A DNA stretch of 63,584 bases, counting the filler, from Candidatus Babelota bacterium (GTDB lineage Bacteria; JAGOBX01): assembly GCA_017999075.1 (NCBI GenBank). It is 11 parts of 11 records of this genome, joined end to end, with 100 filler letters (N's around TTAATTAATTAA, not from the genome) between each part and the next. Parts side by side here need not be neighbours in the genome. Positions count along the whole stretch, not along the records: positions 5,870 to 11,632 come from JAGOBX010000259.1; positions 11,733 to 17,487 come from JAGOBX010000260.1; positions 17,588 to 23,328 come from JAGOBX010000261.1; 8 more parts are not named here. One strand, written 5' to 3'. Below the pieces are notes generated by a model. That model was given only the letters and a program-made list of their open reading frames with translations, was not told the origin of the DNA and searched no databases. Made by a program: the position numbers and the translations under genes. Positions 10,346-20,876 of this stretch are shown here, piece by piece (within the stretch, counting starts at the first letter, position 1; every line of letters begins with the position of its first letter).

Positions 10346-11131
10346 TTAAAATTCTGAAATACACGAGTCAAGGAAATTTATTGAATCGATAAATTTTCGT
10401 TCATTGAACAATTCTATAATTATATTACCTGAATAATTATGTTCTGTTAAAAAATCAAAAACAGATGTAATTCGTTTTTTATTTGATAAAGCATTATGGT
10501 CTTCATTAAGAAAATTAATATCGTGCAGATGAACCAGTTTTATATGCTCGGCCAATTCAGTTAAGCAGGTTATATCCAAATTATATTTAAATAAATGCCC
10601 GAAATCAGCACAAATTCCTATTTTAAAACGTTCCACAAAATATTTTAAAAATTTCGGATGATAATAAATATTTTCAGCTGCAATAGAAGATTGAATAGAG
10701 GTTTTTTTTAAGATGTATTCAAGATTTTTTGAAACATTTGAATAAAACTGATTTTTAATTTCATCAGATAACTCATTGTAAAATTTTTTTTTGTTTAGAA
10801 TTGCAGGCAAATCAAAATGAATTACAAAAATTTCAGAACCTATAATCTTTCCTATTTCAATAATTTTAATCAATGAATCAAGTTTTTTTTCTGAACATTT
10901 TTCTGATAAATTAATATTTAGAGGAAGATGAACTGCGTATTCCAACCCGATTTTTTTTTTTAAGTTTAGTATTTTTTCAGTATCAAATGGATTAGGAAGT
11001 TCAGCTGAATCTTCAGTTTCAAAAAATAAAATTTGAATTGTTTTGATAATTTCAAAACAAGCCAGTTTTTTGATATTTTCACATATTTCAGCCGGATATA
11101 TATAAGAAGTAGTACCGAATTTGAATTTCAT
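10346..11131 (-). CDS. cbiR: Cobamide remodelling phosphodiesterase CbiR-like (AP endonuclease 2 / xylose-isomerase TIM barrel)
   Basis: GTTSYIYP...N start, ILFFE, VHLP, ENI, DFGH, VHLHD, DH, IIELF; directly downstream of a cobS-like gene. Confidence 0.72.
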   Translation of the reverse strand: MKFKFGTTSYIYPAEICENIKKLACFEIIKTIQILFFETEDSAELPNPFDTEKILNLKKKIGLEYAVHLPLNINLSEKCSEKKLDSLIKIIEIGKIIGSEIFVIHFDLPAILNKKKFYNELSDEIKNQFYSNVSKNLEYILKKTSIQSSIAAENIYYHPKFLKYFVERFKIGICADFGHLFKYNLDITCLTELAEHIKLVHLHDINFLNEDHNALSNKKRITSVFDFLTEHNYSGNIIIELFNERKFIDSINFLDSCISEF

Positions 11132-11207
11132 AATTTTTAAAAATAAAAGTCAATCCGTAAAAAAGTTTTTCTTAAAAAATTAAAATAAAATAGTTTTAAA
11201 AATTAAA

Positions 11208-11632
11208 TTACATTTTTGATATTAATAAAATTCCTGCAGCCAATCCTGATAATTTTGCGGTTTCGATTCCAAAACCGATTGTATCTCCGTTAAATCCGTT
11301 GAATTTTTTATTTAATCCAAAAGAAATTATTAAAGATATTGTAAATACTGATATGACATATATTGCGGCAAATATCAAATTAAACAAAAAAACGGATAAA
11401 ACAAATGAAAAAATTACTGATACTGAAAGATGTTTGAAAGAAATTTCTTTTTTTAAACTGTTTCCCAATCCTTCTTCAAACATTGGTTTAAAAAAAAGCG
11501 TCTGGATAAATGCAGGGATATAACCTGATACAGGATATAATAAAAGTAATTTTAAATATTTATTTTGAACAACGGAAATCATTAGTCCGATTTTTATAAT
11601 AAACAGAAAAAACAGGAGACTTGCCGCATACA
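11208..11632 (-). CDS. cobS: Cobalamin synthase CobS, C-terminal part (5'-truncated)
   Basis: Hydrophobic helices, EEGLG and KKFNGFNGDTIGFGIE (CobS GGxTGDxxG..E motif). Frame stays open to the contig edge (YAASLLFFLFIIKIG). Confidence 0.72.
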
Positions 11633-11732
11633 NNNNNNNNNNNNNNNNNNNNNNNNNNNNNNNNNNNNNNNNNNNNTTAATTAATTAANNNNNNNNNNNN
11701 NNNNNNNNNNNNNNNNNNNNNNNNNNNNNNNN
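11633..11732. other. Artificial contig spacer
   Basis: N44-TTAATTAATTAA-N44. Confidence 0.99.
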
Positions 11733-12033
11733 CTTTTTTTGATATTTGTCAAGTTTTTTATTGATATTAATTTTAACTCATTTTATATCATTATAATAAC
11801 TTTATTTTTTTTGGCAAGTTTTTTTTAAAAAAATTATTAGTAACAATTCCACGCATTTCTTTCATCTATCCCTTGATTTTTCGTAATAATGGTTTTATAA
11901 AAATATTTTAAACGAACAAAAAACAATTATTTTTTTATTATAGTTTATAAAATGTAAAATTATTCTTGATATAAATAATAAACAATATATAATTATAATG
12001 TTAATTTGTTTGATTATGGGGGAAATTTATCAA

Positions 12034-13992
12034 ATGAAAAAAATATTATGGATTTTTATTTTAATATTTTTCTTCTTCGGGAACGAATCATTATTTTCTG
12101 CAGAAGTTCCTTCTAAAATTTTACAGGATGCAAAAATATTTTATGAAAATGGATTATATGTAAAGTCACTTGAATTAGTGAATTCAGCATTGAAAATAAA
12201 TCCTTATTATAAAGACTGTTATAATTTACTCGGTTTGATTTATCAAAAAACAGATAATTACGATTCTGCAGAATTTTTCCTAAAAAAATCAATTTCACTT
12301 GACAGTTCTTATGATAAATCAATGTTTGATCTTGCTAATATTTACATTTCGCGTGCAAATTATGATTCTGCAGCGGCAATACTTATAAATGCATTAAAAA
12401 TTAATTATAAAAATCCTGAATACAGATCAGCTTTAATGGAATGTTATATTAATACAAGTAATTTTAAAAAATTTTTAGAAGAATTTGAGTTAATAGAAAA
12501 ACTGCACCCTGATTATTCTGTTTCAAAATATTTATACGGCAATTATCTTAAAAAAACAGGCAAAACTATTGATGCAAAAAAATATTATCTTGAATCTTTA
12601 AAACGCGAATATACTCCGCTCATTCCTTATCCTTATCTTGATTTAGCTGACATTTTATTATCTGAAAATAATATACTTGAAGCAAAAGACTTTTATGAAG
12701 AAGCTTCAAAATATCCTGAAACTTCAAAAAAATCATTTATACAGCTCGCTAAAATTTATAATTACACAGGGCAATTCGATAAAACAATAAGATTATGGGA
12801 TATCACTCCTTCTTATTATCTGAACGCATATCATATAGGATTAGCTTATTATAACCAAGCTATGACACTGTTATCTGACGAAAGAATAGAATCCGCAGGA
12901 AACCTTCTTGAACGTTCATTATTTTATTTTAAATCAGCCTTACTTTTAAATGCCGATGATGAACTTACAAGAGATATGATAGAAAAAATATTATTAAGAA
13001 CATCACCTATAAATTCTTCTGAACGGAATGAATATTCAGAATACAGAAAACTTAATGGATTATATTTTTTATATGATAACGGAAAAATTTATGAATCAAT
13101 TCTTGAACTTTATAAATCCATAAACCTTAATCCGCAAGATATTCAAAACAGACTTGAACTTGCTAAATTTTATCAGAAAAAGAATTATATTCAATCCGCT
13201 ATTTCCGAATATGAAAAAATTTTAGACATAAATTCTTCCGATTTATTCTCAAAAGATAACCTTGAGTTATTAAAATATAATTATGAATCATTAAATCAGA
13301 ATTTGAATGAATTTATTAAAACCAATCAGAATTTCAAAAAAAATCTTCTTAAAATAGCTGTTAAAATATCAGTTCCGGTTTATTCAATAAATCATTCGAA
13401 TTTAAGCGAATATATAGAAGATATGCTTCAAAATCTTTCAGGAATTAATTCGAAATTTGAATTTTTTTATATTCCAAAACATCTTGAAACAATTGAAACT
13501 ATCGAACAATATTCACGGACCATAGATGCTGACGGTATTATCATTCTGGATCTGATTGAAACTGATAATTATATAAAAACAGGTATTAAAATATATAATA
13601 TTACCGCTTTAAAAAGCAACCCTAGGTATTCTATCAATAGACCAAGAAGAAGTTCCGATTTAACTGTTATAGAAGATAAAACATTTTTTGAAGGAAAAAA
13701 TAAATTATTAAAGACAGCATGCGCAATATTCGATAAAATTAATAATAACTTTAATGCAATAGGAACTATTCAAAAATTGTATCAATATAAAGCAATAGTC
13801 AATCTCGGTTATATGCAAGGAATAAATAAATTAGATAAACTGAAACTCATATCGCGTCATTCTGATCGTGAGTTTTCAATCGGAGAAATTATTGTTAATG
13901 ATTTAAATGAAAATTATTGTATATGCGATATCAGGGATATTTCTGTTTTAAACGCTATTAAGACAGGGGATGTTTCATTTATTACCAAATAA
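12034..13992 (+). CDS. Exported tetratricopeptide-repeat protein
   Basis: MKKILWIF signal peptide (ORF track starts at 11998); multiple TPRs (ALKINP, YNLLGLIY, SINLNP); C-terminal VNLG..QG beta domain. Confidence 0.7.
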   Translation: MKKILWIFILIFFFFGNESLFSAEVPSKILQDAKIFYENGLYVKSLELVNSALKINPYYKDCYNLLGLIYQKTDNYDSAEFFLKKSISLDSSYDKSMFDLANIYISRANYDSAAAILINALKINYKNPEYRSALMECYINTSNFKKFLEEFELIEKLHPDYSVSKYLYGNYLKKTGKTIDAKKYYLESLKREYTPLIPYPYLDLADILLSENNILEAKDFYEEASKYPETSKKSFIQLAKIYNYTGQFDKTIRLWDITPSYYLNAYHIGLAYYNQAMTLLSDERIESAGNLLERSLFYFKSALLLNADDELTRDMIEKILLRTSPINSSERNEYSEYRKLNGLYFLYDNGKIYESILELYKSINLNPQDIQNRLELAKFYQKKNYIQSAISEYEKILDINSSDLFSKDNLELLKYNYESLNQNLNEFIKTNQNFKKNLLKIAVKISVPVYSINHSNLSEYIEDMLQNLSGINSKFEFFYIPKHLETIETIEQYSRTIDADGIIILDLIETDNYIKTGIKIYNITALKSNPRYSINRPRRSSDLTVIEDKTFFEGKNKLLKTACAIFDKINNNFNAIGTIQKLYQYKAIVNLGYMQGINKLDKLKLISRHSDREFSIGEIIVNDLNENYCICDIRDISVLNAIKTGDVSFITK

Positions 13993-14040
13993 ATCAGTAT
14001 CTTTGGAGTACATTTAAAACTTAAAACGTTCAGTAAAAAT

Positions 14041-15210
14041 TTAAATGTTAAAACCTGGTGCTGCAGCAGTTCTGTAATCAGGATATTTTTGGTTTAACAT
14101 ATCTAATATTTTTTTTGCTTTTTGAGGATTATTGATTTTTAAATATCGGACTGCAAGAGAATAGAGATTTTCAGGATTATCCTCCAATTCTGCAAGTTTA
14201 GCTGCTAAATATATGGTTTTATGAATTTTATTAATTTTATCGTATAATTGTATTCCAAACCTAAATATTTCAAGGTCGTCTTTATGGTTATCTTTAAAAG
14301 CTTTATTAAAATATTCGACAGAAGAATTCAAATCACCTAATTGAAACAAACATTTAGAAATATTCAAAAAAATTTCCGGGAAAGTAATTTTATAATCATA
14401 TGATTGCGAATTAAATTTTTCTGCTGATTTCAGATGAGTTAAAGCAGAATTAAAGTCAAAAAAATGAGTTGCATACAGCATGCCTAATTTAAAATGTATT
14501 TCCGGATTATTTTTTGAATATCCTAATGCTTTTATAAAAGTTTTTTTTTCATATTCAAACATTTTATTTTTTTCATATTCAGCGGCAAGCATAACATAAA
14601 GTTTATAATTTTCCGGAAAAATTTCGATTTGTTTTTTTAAAAGTTCAATATATTTTGAGCTTTTAACTAAATAATTATTTTTGTTTAAAAAACTGTAGTG
14701 TTCGATTTTACCTGGAAATTTACATATTATTTTATTGATTGAAAGTATAGAATTATCTACTTTTTCATGAACCGGAGCATTATATCTGATAATTTTATTG
14801 TTGCGGAACAATCTTGTAACAAAATCAGTCCATTGCTGTAATTCTGATTTAGAATCACATACATTTTCGCGTTCAAAATAGTATCCCCATACATCAGGTT
14901 CAGCTGATTGCAAAATTTTCGAAAGTTTATCGGACAAAATTATTTTTTTATCAGCATCCAAAACCAGAATCCATGGATGGGCAGCCAATGAAATTGAATA
15001 ATTACGAGCTGCACTGAAATCGTTAATCCAATTAAAACTGAAAATTTTATCAGTATATTTTTTACATATAGATATGGTTTTATCTGTTGAGCCTGTATCT
15101 ACAATAATTATTTCATCTACCAAATCAATTACAGACGATAAGCAGTTATTTATTGCCTCTTCTTCATTTTTTACAATCATACACAATGAAACCGGAATAT
15201 TGTTATTCAT
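14041..15210 (-). CDS. GT2 glycosyltransferase with C-terminal TPRs
   Basis: SLCMIVKNEE, VDTGSTDKT, WINDFSAARN, LDAD, RLFRN, VHE; TPR tail. Confidence 0.88.
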   Translation of the reverse strand: MNNNIPVSLCMIVKNEEEAINNCLSSVIDLVDEIIIVDTGSTDKTISICKKYTDKIFSFNWINDFSAARNYSISLAAHPWILVLDADKKIILSDKLSKILQSAEPDVWGYYFERENVCDSKSELQQWTDFVTRLFRNNKIIRYNAPVHEKVDNSILSINKIICKFPGKIEHYSFLNKNNYLVKSSKYIELLKKQIEIFPENYKLYVMLAAEYEKNKMFEYEKKTFIKALGYSKNNPEIHFKLGMLYATHFFDFNSALTHLKSAEKFNSQSYDYKITFPEIFLNISKCLFQLGDLNSSVEYFNKAFKDNHKDDLEIFRFGIQLYDKINKIHKTIYLAAKLAELEDNPENLYSLAVRYLKINNPQKAKKILDMLNQKYPDYRTAAAPGFNI

Positions 15211-15310
15211 GATAAATATTTTTTATATTTGAATTTTTTTAATTTTAAATTATAATTTTGAATATAAAAAAATAAATATAATATTTATATTTTACTCAAG
15301 GAGTTAAATT

Positions 15311-15622
15311 ATGAGATTATCAGTATTGATTTGTTTGCTGGCTGCCGCGATGTTGATATTATCAGGATGCGGCAAAGGCGTTATTGTAGGGAAAGTTATT
15401 GACGAAAACAATGATCCGGTTGCAGGCGCTCAAATAGTTACTGATCCGCCGACTTATTCAAAATTATCTACTGTAGACGGTTATGAAATGAAGAATATCC
15501 CATCAGGAGTTTATACAGTAACTGTAAATAAGTCAGGATATAGCAAAAAAGACATAGAAATTAAGGTTTTCAATAAAAGAACAACTCAGGCTGACGTTCA
15601 AATAAAAAAATTAAATAAATAA
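15311..15622 (+). CDS. Lipoprotein with carboxypeptidase-regulatory-like (PEGA/CnaB-like) domain
   Basis: LSGC lipobox; GKVID...PVAGAQI, GVYTVTVNKSGY; GGAG RBS. Confidence 0.78.
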   Translation: MRLSVLICLLAAAMLILSGCGKGVIVGKVIDENNDPVAGAQIVTDPPTYSKLSTVDGYEMKNIPSGVYTVTVNKSGYSKKDIEIKVFNKRTTQADVQIKKLNK

Positions 15623-15705
15623 ATTTTTTTTATTATTTTTTCTAGTTTAAGTGGAAAAATTTTTACTGCAAATCCGGAGTAAAAATTATTTTTTTATCTT
15701 ATTTT

Positions 15706-16749
15706 ATGAAACAAATTTTAAAGTTATATTTTTTTGTTGTTATTATAAATTATTTTTTACATCCCGTTAATTTTTTATATCCCGTTAATGCGGATAATTT
15801 GGTTAAAGAATCAAATGCAGAAAAATCAACCGTTGAAATAGGGGGAATAAGAGAATCAGTTTCGAAAAGTCACAAATCGAATGAAAATTTATCTGAAAAA
15901 ATAAATAAAATTGAAACAAATCTTCCTGAACCTCGCTTAATGGATATTAAAATTATTGAGAAGGATACAGATTCAATTTTTATAAAATCAGATGATGTTA
16001 AATTAGAAACAACGCCGCAAGATATAAAAATACCTGTAAACCTCGGAGATTACACTGACGCGCCTTTTTATCTGGATACTGAAACAGTAAACTATTACGA
16101 ACCAAAAAATAATAATACCCCAATCTCAATTTCTGAATATAAAAAATTTTTTTTATTTATCAGGGAACTATTGTCAAATAAACTATATAGTCAAATTGTA
16201 GAAGAAATAAATGAAATTCAAAAAAATCAATTACATTCAGGAGAAAGAGAAAAACTTAATTTCATAAAAATCTTTGCATATTTAGAACTAAAAAAAAATA
16301 ATGAAGCCATTGTTATAATTGACGGAATAAAAAAAACAGATACTGCAAACAAGTATAGGGCATATTTATTGTTTTTCCAGGCGAAATATTTTGAAAATCT
16401 TAATCAGCCGGATAATGCGCTGAATGAATATTTAAAGGTTTTTAATCTGGAACCTGAAAAACAGGTTGCAGATGATGCCTTATTTAGAAGCGCAGAATTA
16501 CTGATTGAAAAAAATGATATAAAAAAAGCAATAGAATATTTAGATATAATTATTGAAAAATATGCGCAAAGTGATTATTCAGACGATGCGGTTTTTTTAA
16601 AAGCAAAGTTATTTGATACAATAAAAGAAATAAGAAATTATTCAACAGCTGAATTTAATTATAGAAAATTGTATAAAACCTATCCAAAATCAAAACATGC
16701 CAAAGAATCTCAAAAACGCGGCGAAGAAATACGCATAAATTTTTTGTAA
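15706..16749 (+). CDS. Exported TPR protein (CpoB/BamD-like C-terminus)
   Basis: Hydrophobic N-terminus; ADDALF..A, KY..SDYSDDAVF and YPKSKHA repeats. Confidence 0.65.
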   Translation: MKQILKLYFFVVIINYFLHPVNFLYPVNADNLVKESNAEKSTVEIGGIRESVSKSHKSNENLSEKINKIETNLPEPRLMDIKIIEKDTDSIFIKSDDVKLETTPQDIKIPVNLGDYTDAPFYLDTETVNYYEPKNNNTPISISEYKKFFLFIRELLSNKLYSQIVEEINEIQKNQLHSGEREKLNFIKIFAYLELKKNNEAIVIIDGIKKTDTANKYRAYLLFFQAKYFENLNQPDNALNEYLKVFNLEPEKQVADDALFRSAELLIEKNDIKKAIEYLDIIIEKYAQSDYSDDAVFLKAKLFDTIKEIRNYSTAEFNYRKLYKTYPKSKHAKESQKRGEEIRINFL

Positions 16750-16768
16750 AAACAAAAAAAATTTCCCA

Positions 16769-17487
16769 ATGCCTATTAAAATTTTGTTTATATCCCATAG
16801 GTCAGACATTGGAGGAGGAGAATTAAGTTTATTTGATTTAGTTTTATGGCTGCATTTAAAAAAAAAAATTATTCCATATATAATTTTATCTGAAAAAGGC
16901 GGGTTATATGATAAGTTTAAAGATGCCGGTTTTCATGTTGAACTAGTACCTCTGCCTCCTTTAAAAAAAATCAAGATTTCGTCAATTATAAATATAATAC
17001 GTATAGTAAAAAAAAATTCCATCAATGTTATACATGCTAACACTACAAGAGCGGCAATGTATTCTGTTTTTGCTAAAATATTTTTAAATGTAAAGTTTGT
17101 ATGGCACAATCGCGGTACAGATAAACGCGGTATTTTCGAATATATCCTTTCATTATTTACGGATAAATTAATAGCTATTTCACATTCTGTGAAATCAGGT
17201 CTTATAAATGCAGGAGTAAACCCAAAAAAAATATCTGTTATTTATAATGGAATTAATTTAGATTTATATAATAAAAATTCAGATAAAAAGAAAAGAAATA
17301 TTCATCCCGAAATTACAAAAAATAATAAAAATATTATAAGTCAAAAAAAATATAACGTTGGATTGATAGGACGGTTTACATCTGAAAAAGGACATAAATA
17401 TCTTATAAATGCAGCTGATTTGATAATTAATAAATATAATTTCAAAAACATTAATTTTAAATTTATCAGAAATGATAACTTTGGAAT
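16769..17487 (+). CDS. GT4 glycosyltransferase, 3'-truncated
   Basis: GGGELS, VIHAN, VWH, IAIS, VIYNGI, GRF..EKGH. Confidence 0.85.
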
Positions 17488-17587
17488 NNNNNNNNNNNNN
17501 NNNNNNNNNNNNNNNNNNNNNNNNNNNNNNNTTAATTAATTAANNNNNNNNNNNNNNNNNNNNNNNNNNNNNNNNNNNNNNNNNNNN
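17488..17587. other. Artificial contig spacer
   Basis: N44-TTAATTAATTAA-N44. Confidence 0.99.
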
Positions 17588-17643
17588 TCAGGAACATATG
17601 AACCTGTTCCTGCAATAAATATTTTAGTTTTATCTATAGACAT
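17588..17643 (-). CDS. fabH: N-terminal fragment of 3-oxoacyl-ACP synthase III (not in ORF track)
   Basis: Reverse strand reads MSIDKTKIFIAGTGSYVP, a typical FabH start; GGAG RBS upstream; cut by the contig end. Confidence 0.65.
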
Positions 17644-17824
17644 TTGTTATAATCTCCGGAAACTATAAATATAAAATATAAAACAAACAAATTAAATTCA
17701 GTAACCAGATGAAGTTAATGTTTTAATTTACTAATTTTTTTTATTGAATATTATAATAGATTCTTTTTTATATAAATCAATAATATTTTGTTTAAATCTT
17801 TATATAATAATAATTAAAAAATTA

Positions 17825-17853
17825 TTGACAGTTCAGTTTAATTATTCTAATAT
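17825..17853 (+). promoter_or_regulatory. sigma70-type promoter upstream of cheX
   Basis: TTGACA-17 nt-TAATAT, followed by a GAGGA RBS before ATG 17892. Confidence 0.55.
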
Positions 17854-17891
17854 AATATAAAGTATTTTATATTATTTTTTGAGGATTATTA

Positions 17892-18359
17892 ATGAAAGCA
17901 GAATTTGTAAATCCATTTGTAGAGTCAGCGGTAACTGTGTTTAAAGATATGTGCGGTTTTTCAGTTTCAAAAGGTCAATTGTCGATAAAAAAATCTAATA
18001 TTGACACGTTAGGAGTCGCACCTATAATAGGAGTTACCGGAGATGTGAGCGGCAGGGTAATTTATGACATGTCAATTCAAACTGCTTTAAAGATTTCTTC
18101 AATAATGAACGGAGAAGAATTGAAAGAATTCGATGATTTGGCTCAAAGTACAATATCCGAGTTGTCAAATATAATAACTGGGAATACGATTTCTTTGCTT
18201 TCTTCTGCCGGTTTTCATGTGGATATAACCCCCCCCACTTTATTTTTGGGGAAAGATATGCACATTTCAAAAGGAGAAATGCTTACTTTAGTGGTTCCGT
18301 TGCAAACCGATGCCGGCGAGATTTTTATTAATGTCGCTTTAAAAGAAAACAAAAAATAA
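17892..18359 (+). CDS. cheX: CheY-P phosphatase CheX
   Basis: EFVNPF, IGVTGD..G, catalytic ExxN (ISELSNIITG), DITPPT. Confidence 0.92.
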   Translation: MKAEFVNPFVESAVTVFKDMCGFSVSKGQLSIKKSNIDTLGVAPIIGVTGDVSGRVIYDMSIQTALKISSIMNGEELKEFDDLAQSTISELSNIITGNTISLLSSAGFHVDITPPTLFLGKDMHISKGEMLTLVVPLQTDAGEIFINVALKENKK

Positions 18360-18375
18360 TGTTTTCGTTTTCATA

Positions 18376-19485
18376 ATGAAATATCATGTTTTTTTTGATA
18401 ATAAAATCATAGGCCCTTTTACAAAACAAGAAATCCTTACCAACCCTGATTTTTCAGAAGAAGAATTGGTTAAAGAAGAAAGTTCAGATAATTGGTTTAA
18501 ATTGGGTATAATTTTTAAAAAAGAGCTGTCTGGTTCAAACAATTTTATCTCTTCTAATGATACAGAATCAAAATCTGAAAAAAAATCGGATGAAATTATT
18601 AATGATAATGCGCAACAGGATATATCTGATATTTTTTATCAATTTCTTGACGATCTTGAAAATTATTTGAATTTTAAATCTGATCTGAATCATTATAAAT
18701 TTAAAAAAATATTTGAGTTTGTTAGCCGAGATTATAAAAAACATATTGAGAAGATTCAAAATAATACAGGTGCATTCATAGAACTTCGTATTGATGAAAA
18801 ACGGAAAATCATTGAAAATGAATATAAAATTCAGTTAGAAACCAATAAGAAAAATATTTATGAAGAAATTAAAAATAATTTATTGAAACAATTTGAAATA
18901 GAATATGAAATTAAAGTTAACCAGATAAAAAAGGAAACAGAACAGAAATTTTTTGAAGATTTGAATAATTATAAAAAAGAAATAGAAGAAAAGTATAAAT
19001 CTATTTATTTTAAAAACAGAGAAGAATTAACTGCCGAAATAGAACCTGTTATCAAAACCAAATATGAAAAAGAATTCAATGAACGGAAACAGGAATTTAT
19101 AAATGAAGCGTTTAACAGACTTGAATCTGAATACGACAGAAAATTAAAATTAAATACAGGGATAATAAAACTTGAGAGTGTCATAGATGCTTCGAAAAAA
19201 ATTAAAGAAACAATTAATTCCTATGACAAAAATTTCAGGGATAAATTAAAAGAAGAAATAAGAAATGAATTGAAAGAAGAAATGATGAGTGGAATTCTCC
19301 GGGAAGTAAAAATCGAACGTCAGAAAATAAAAGAAGATTACAATGCACAGCTTGAAGCAGAAAGGAAACTTCTGGAAATTCAATTGAAAGAAGAACTTGT
19401 AAAATCAAAAAAAATACTTAAGGAAAATGCTGATAAATATATAGAAGATCAGATAAAAAAGAAAAATGTAGATAATAATATATAA
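18376..19485 (+). CDS. GYF_2-like N-terminal domain plus long E/K-rich coiled coil
   Basis: Y......IGPF...EI.......LV......W pattern, followed by more than 200 aa of helical charged sequence. Confidence 0.6.
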   Translation: MKYHVFFDNKIIGPFTKQEILTNPDFSEEELVKEESSDNWFKLGIIFKKELSGSNNFISSNDTESKSEKKSDEIINDNAQQDISDIFYQFLDDLENYLNFKSDLNHYKFKKIFEFVSRDYKKHIEKIQNNTGAFIELRIDEKRKIIENEYKIQLETNKKNIYEEIKNNLLKQFEIEYEIKVNQIKKETEQKFFEDLNNYKKEIEEKYKSIYFKNREELTAEIEPVIKTKYEKEFNERKQEFINEAFNRLESEYDRKLKLNTGIIKLESVIDASKKIKETINSYDKNFRDKLKEEIRNELKEEMMSGILREVKIERQKIKEDYNAQLEAERKLLEIQLKEELVKSKKILKENADKYIEDQIKKKNVDNNI

Positions 19486-19550
19486 TAAACTTAAGTTTTT
19501 ATTTATTATATTGCATTTTTATTTATTTTTCATTATAATTAAATACCATT

Positions 19551-20876
19551 ATGAAAACATTTAAAGGCGGAATACATCCTGAAGACAACAAACAGCTAAG
19601 CGCATCGATCCCTATTTCTAAAATGCCTGTTACTGAAAAAATTGCAGTTTCAGTTGCTCAGCATTTGGGAAAACCTGCTATTCCTCTGGTAAAAAATTGG
19701 GAGCCGGTTAGTTTAGGTCAGTTGATAGCCAAATCTGACGGATTTGTTTCAGCAAATATTCATTCGCCTGTTTCTGGGATTGTTGAATCAATTGAGAATT
19801 ATCCGCATCCTGTTTCAGGATACGCTTCTGCAATAATAATAAAAACAGATTTATCAAAAGATCAGGAATATAAATATCCTGAAGCAACTGATTGGAGAAA
19901 ATTGACTTCCGAAGAAATTAAAAGGAAAATTGCTGATGCAGGAATTGTAGGTCTTGGCGGAGCAACATTTCCAACTATAGTGAAACTATCTCCTCCGGCA
20001 GACAAAAAAATTGATAGTATAATAATCAATGGTGTAGAATGCGAACCATATCTGACTTCAGATTACAGGTTAATGCTTGAACATACGGATGAGTTAATTA
20101 CAGGTTCTGAAATAATTCAGAAAATAATGAATGTCAATAATATTTATATCGGAATTGAATCGAATAAAAAAGATGTTTATGAAAAAATTAAAAATAAAAA
20201 ATCTGTTCTGAAACCGGAATTGTTAAAATTGAAATATCCGCAAGGTGCGGAAAAACAATTGATTGATGCAATATTGAACCGGAAAGTTCCGCCTGGAAAA
20301 CTGCCTATGGATGCAGGAGTAGTAGTTATAAATGCTGGAACATTATTTGCAATTTACGAGGCGATTGTTTTTAATAAACCATTGATTGAACGTATAGTTA
20401 CTGTATCGGGCCGAGGCATTACCACTCCTAAAAATCTTCTTTGCAAGATTGGAACTTTGTGGTCTGATATAATTAGTAATTGCGGCGGGTTAAACAAAAA
20501 TTCAAATATAATGCGCCTTATATTAGGCGGACCAATGATGGGATTCGCTCAATTTACTGATGCTGTCCCTGTAATTAAAGGGTGCTCAGGGATTTTAGTT
20601 TTAACAGATGAAGAAACTGTATATGTTGAAGAACAGCCATGTATAAGGTGCGGTAAATGCATTCGGGGCTGCCCTATGAATCTCATGCCTTCTGAATTAA
20701 ACAGATTTATGGATTATAATGATATTGAAACATTATACAGATTGAATATTTCTGATTGTATTGAATGCGGCACGTGTGCGTATGTTTGTCCTGCAAACAA
20801 AAAAATAATTCAGAAAATAAGGAAATATAAAAATAAAGTTAGTGAATGGGCTAAAAAAAATGTTGGAAACCAATAA
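19551..20876 (+). CDS. rnfC: Rnf electron transport complex subunit C
   Basis: FKGGIHP, IHSPVSG, GIVGLGGATFPT, NGVECEPYLTSD, YPQGAEK, GGPMMG, two 4Fe-4S motifs (CIRCGKC..CP; CIECGTC..CP). Confidence 0.95.
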   Translation: MKTFKGGIHPEDNKQLSASIPISKMPVTEKIAVSVAQHLGKPAIPLVKNWEPVSLGQLIAKSDGFVSANIHSPVSGIVESIENYPHPVSGYASAIIIKTDLSKDQEYKYPEATDWRKLTSEEIKRKIADAGIVGLGGATFPTIVKLSPPADKKIDSIIINGVECEPYLTSDYRLMLEHTDELITGSEIIQKIMNVNNIYIGIESNKKDVYEKIKNKKSVLKPELLKLKYPQGAEKQLIDAILNRKVPPGKLPMDAGVVVINAGTLFAIYEAIVFNKPLIERIVTVSGRGITTPKNLLCKIGTLWSDIISNCGGLNKNSNIMRLILGGPMMGFAQFTDAVPVIKGCSGILVLTDEETVYVEEQPCIRCGKCIRGCPMNLMPSELNRFMDYNDIETLYRLNISDCIECGTCAYVCPANKKIIQKIRKYKNKVSEWAKKNVGNQ

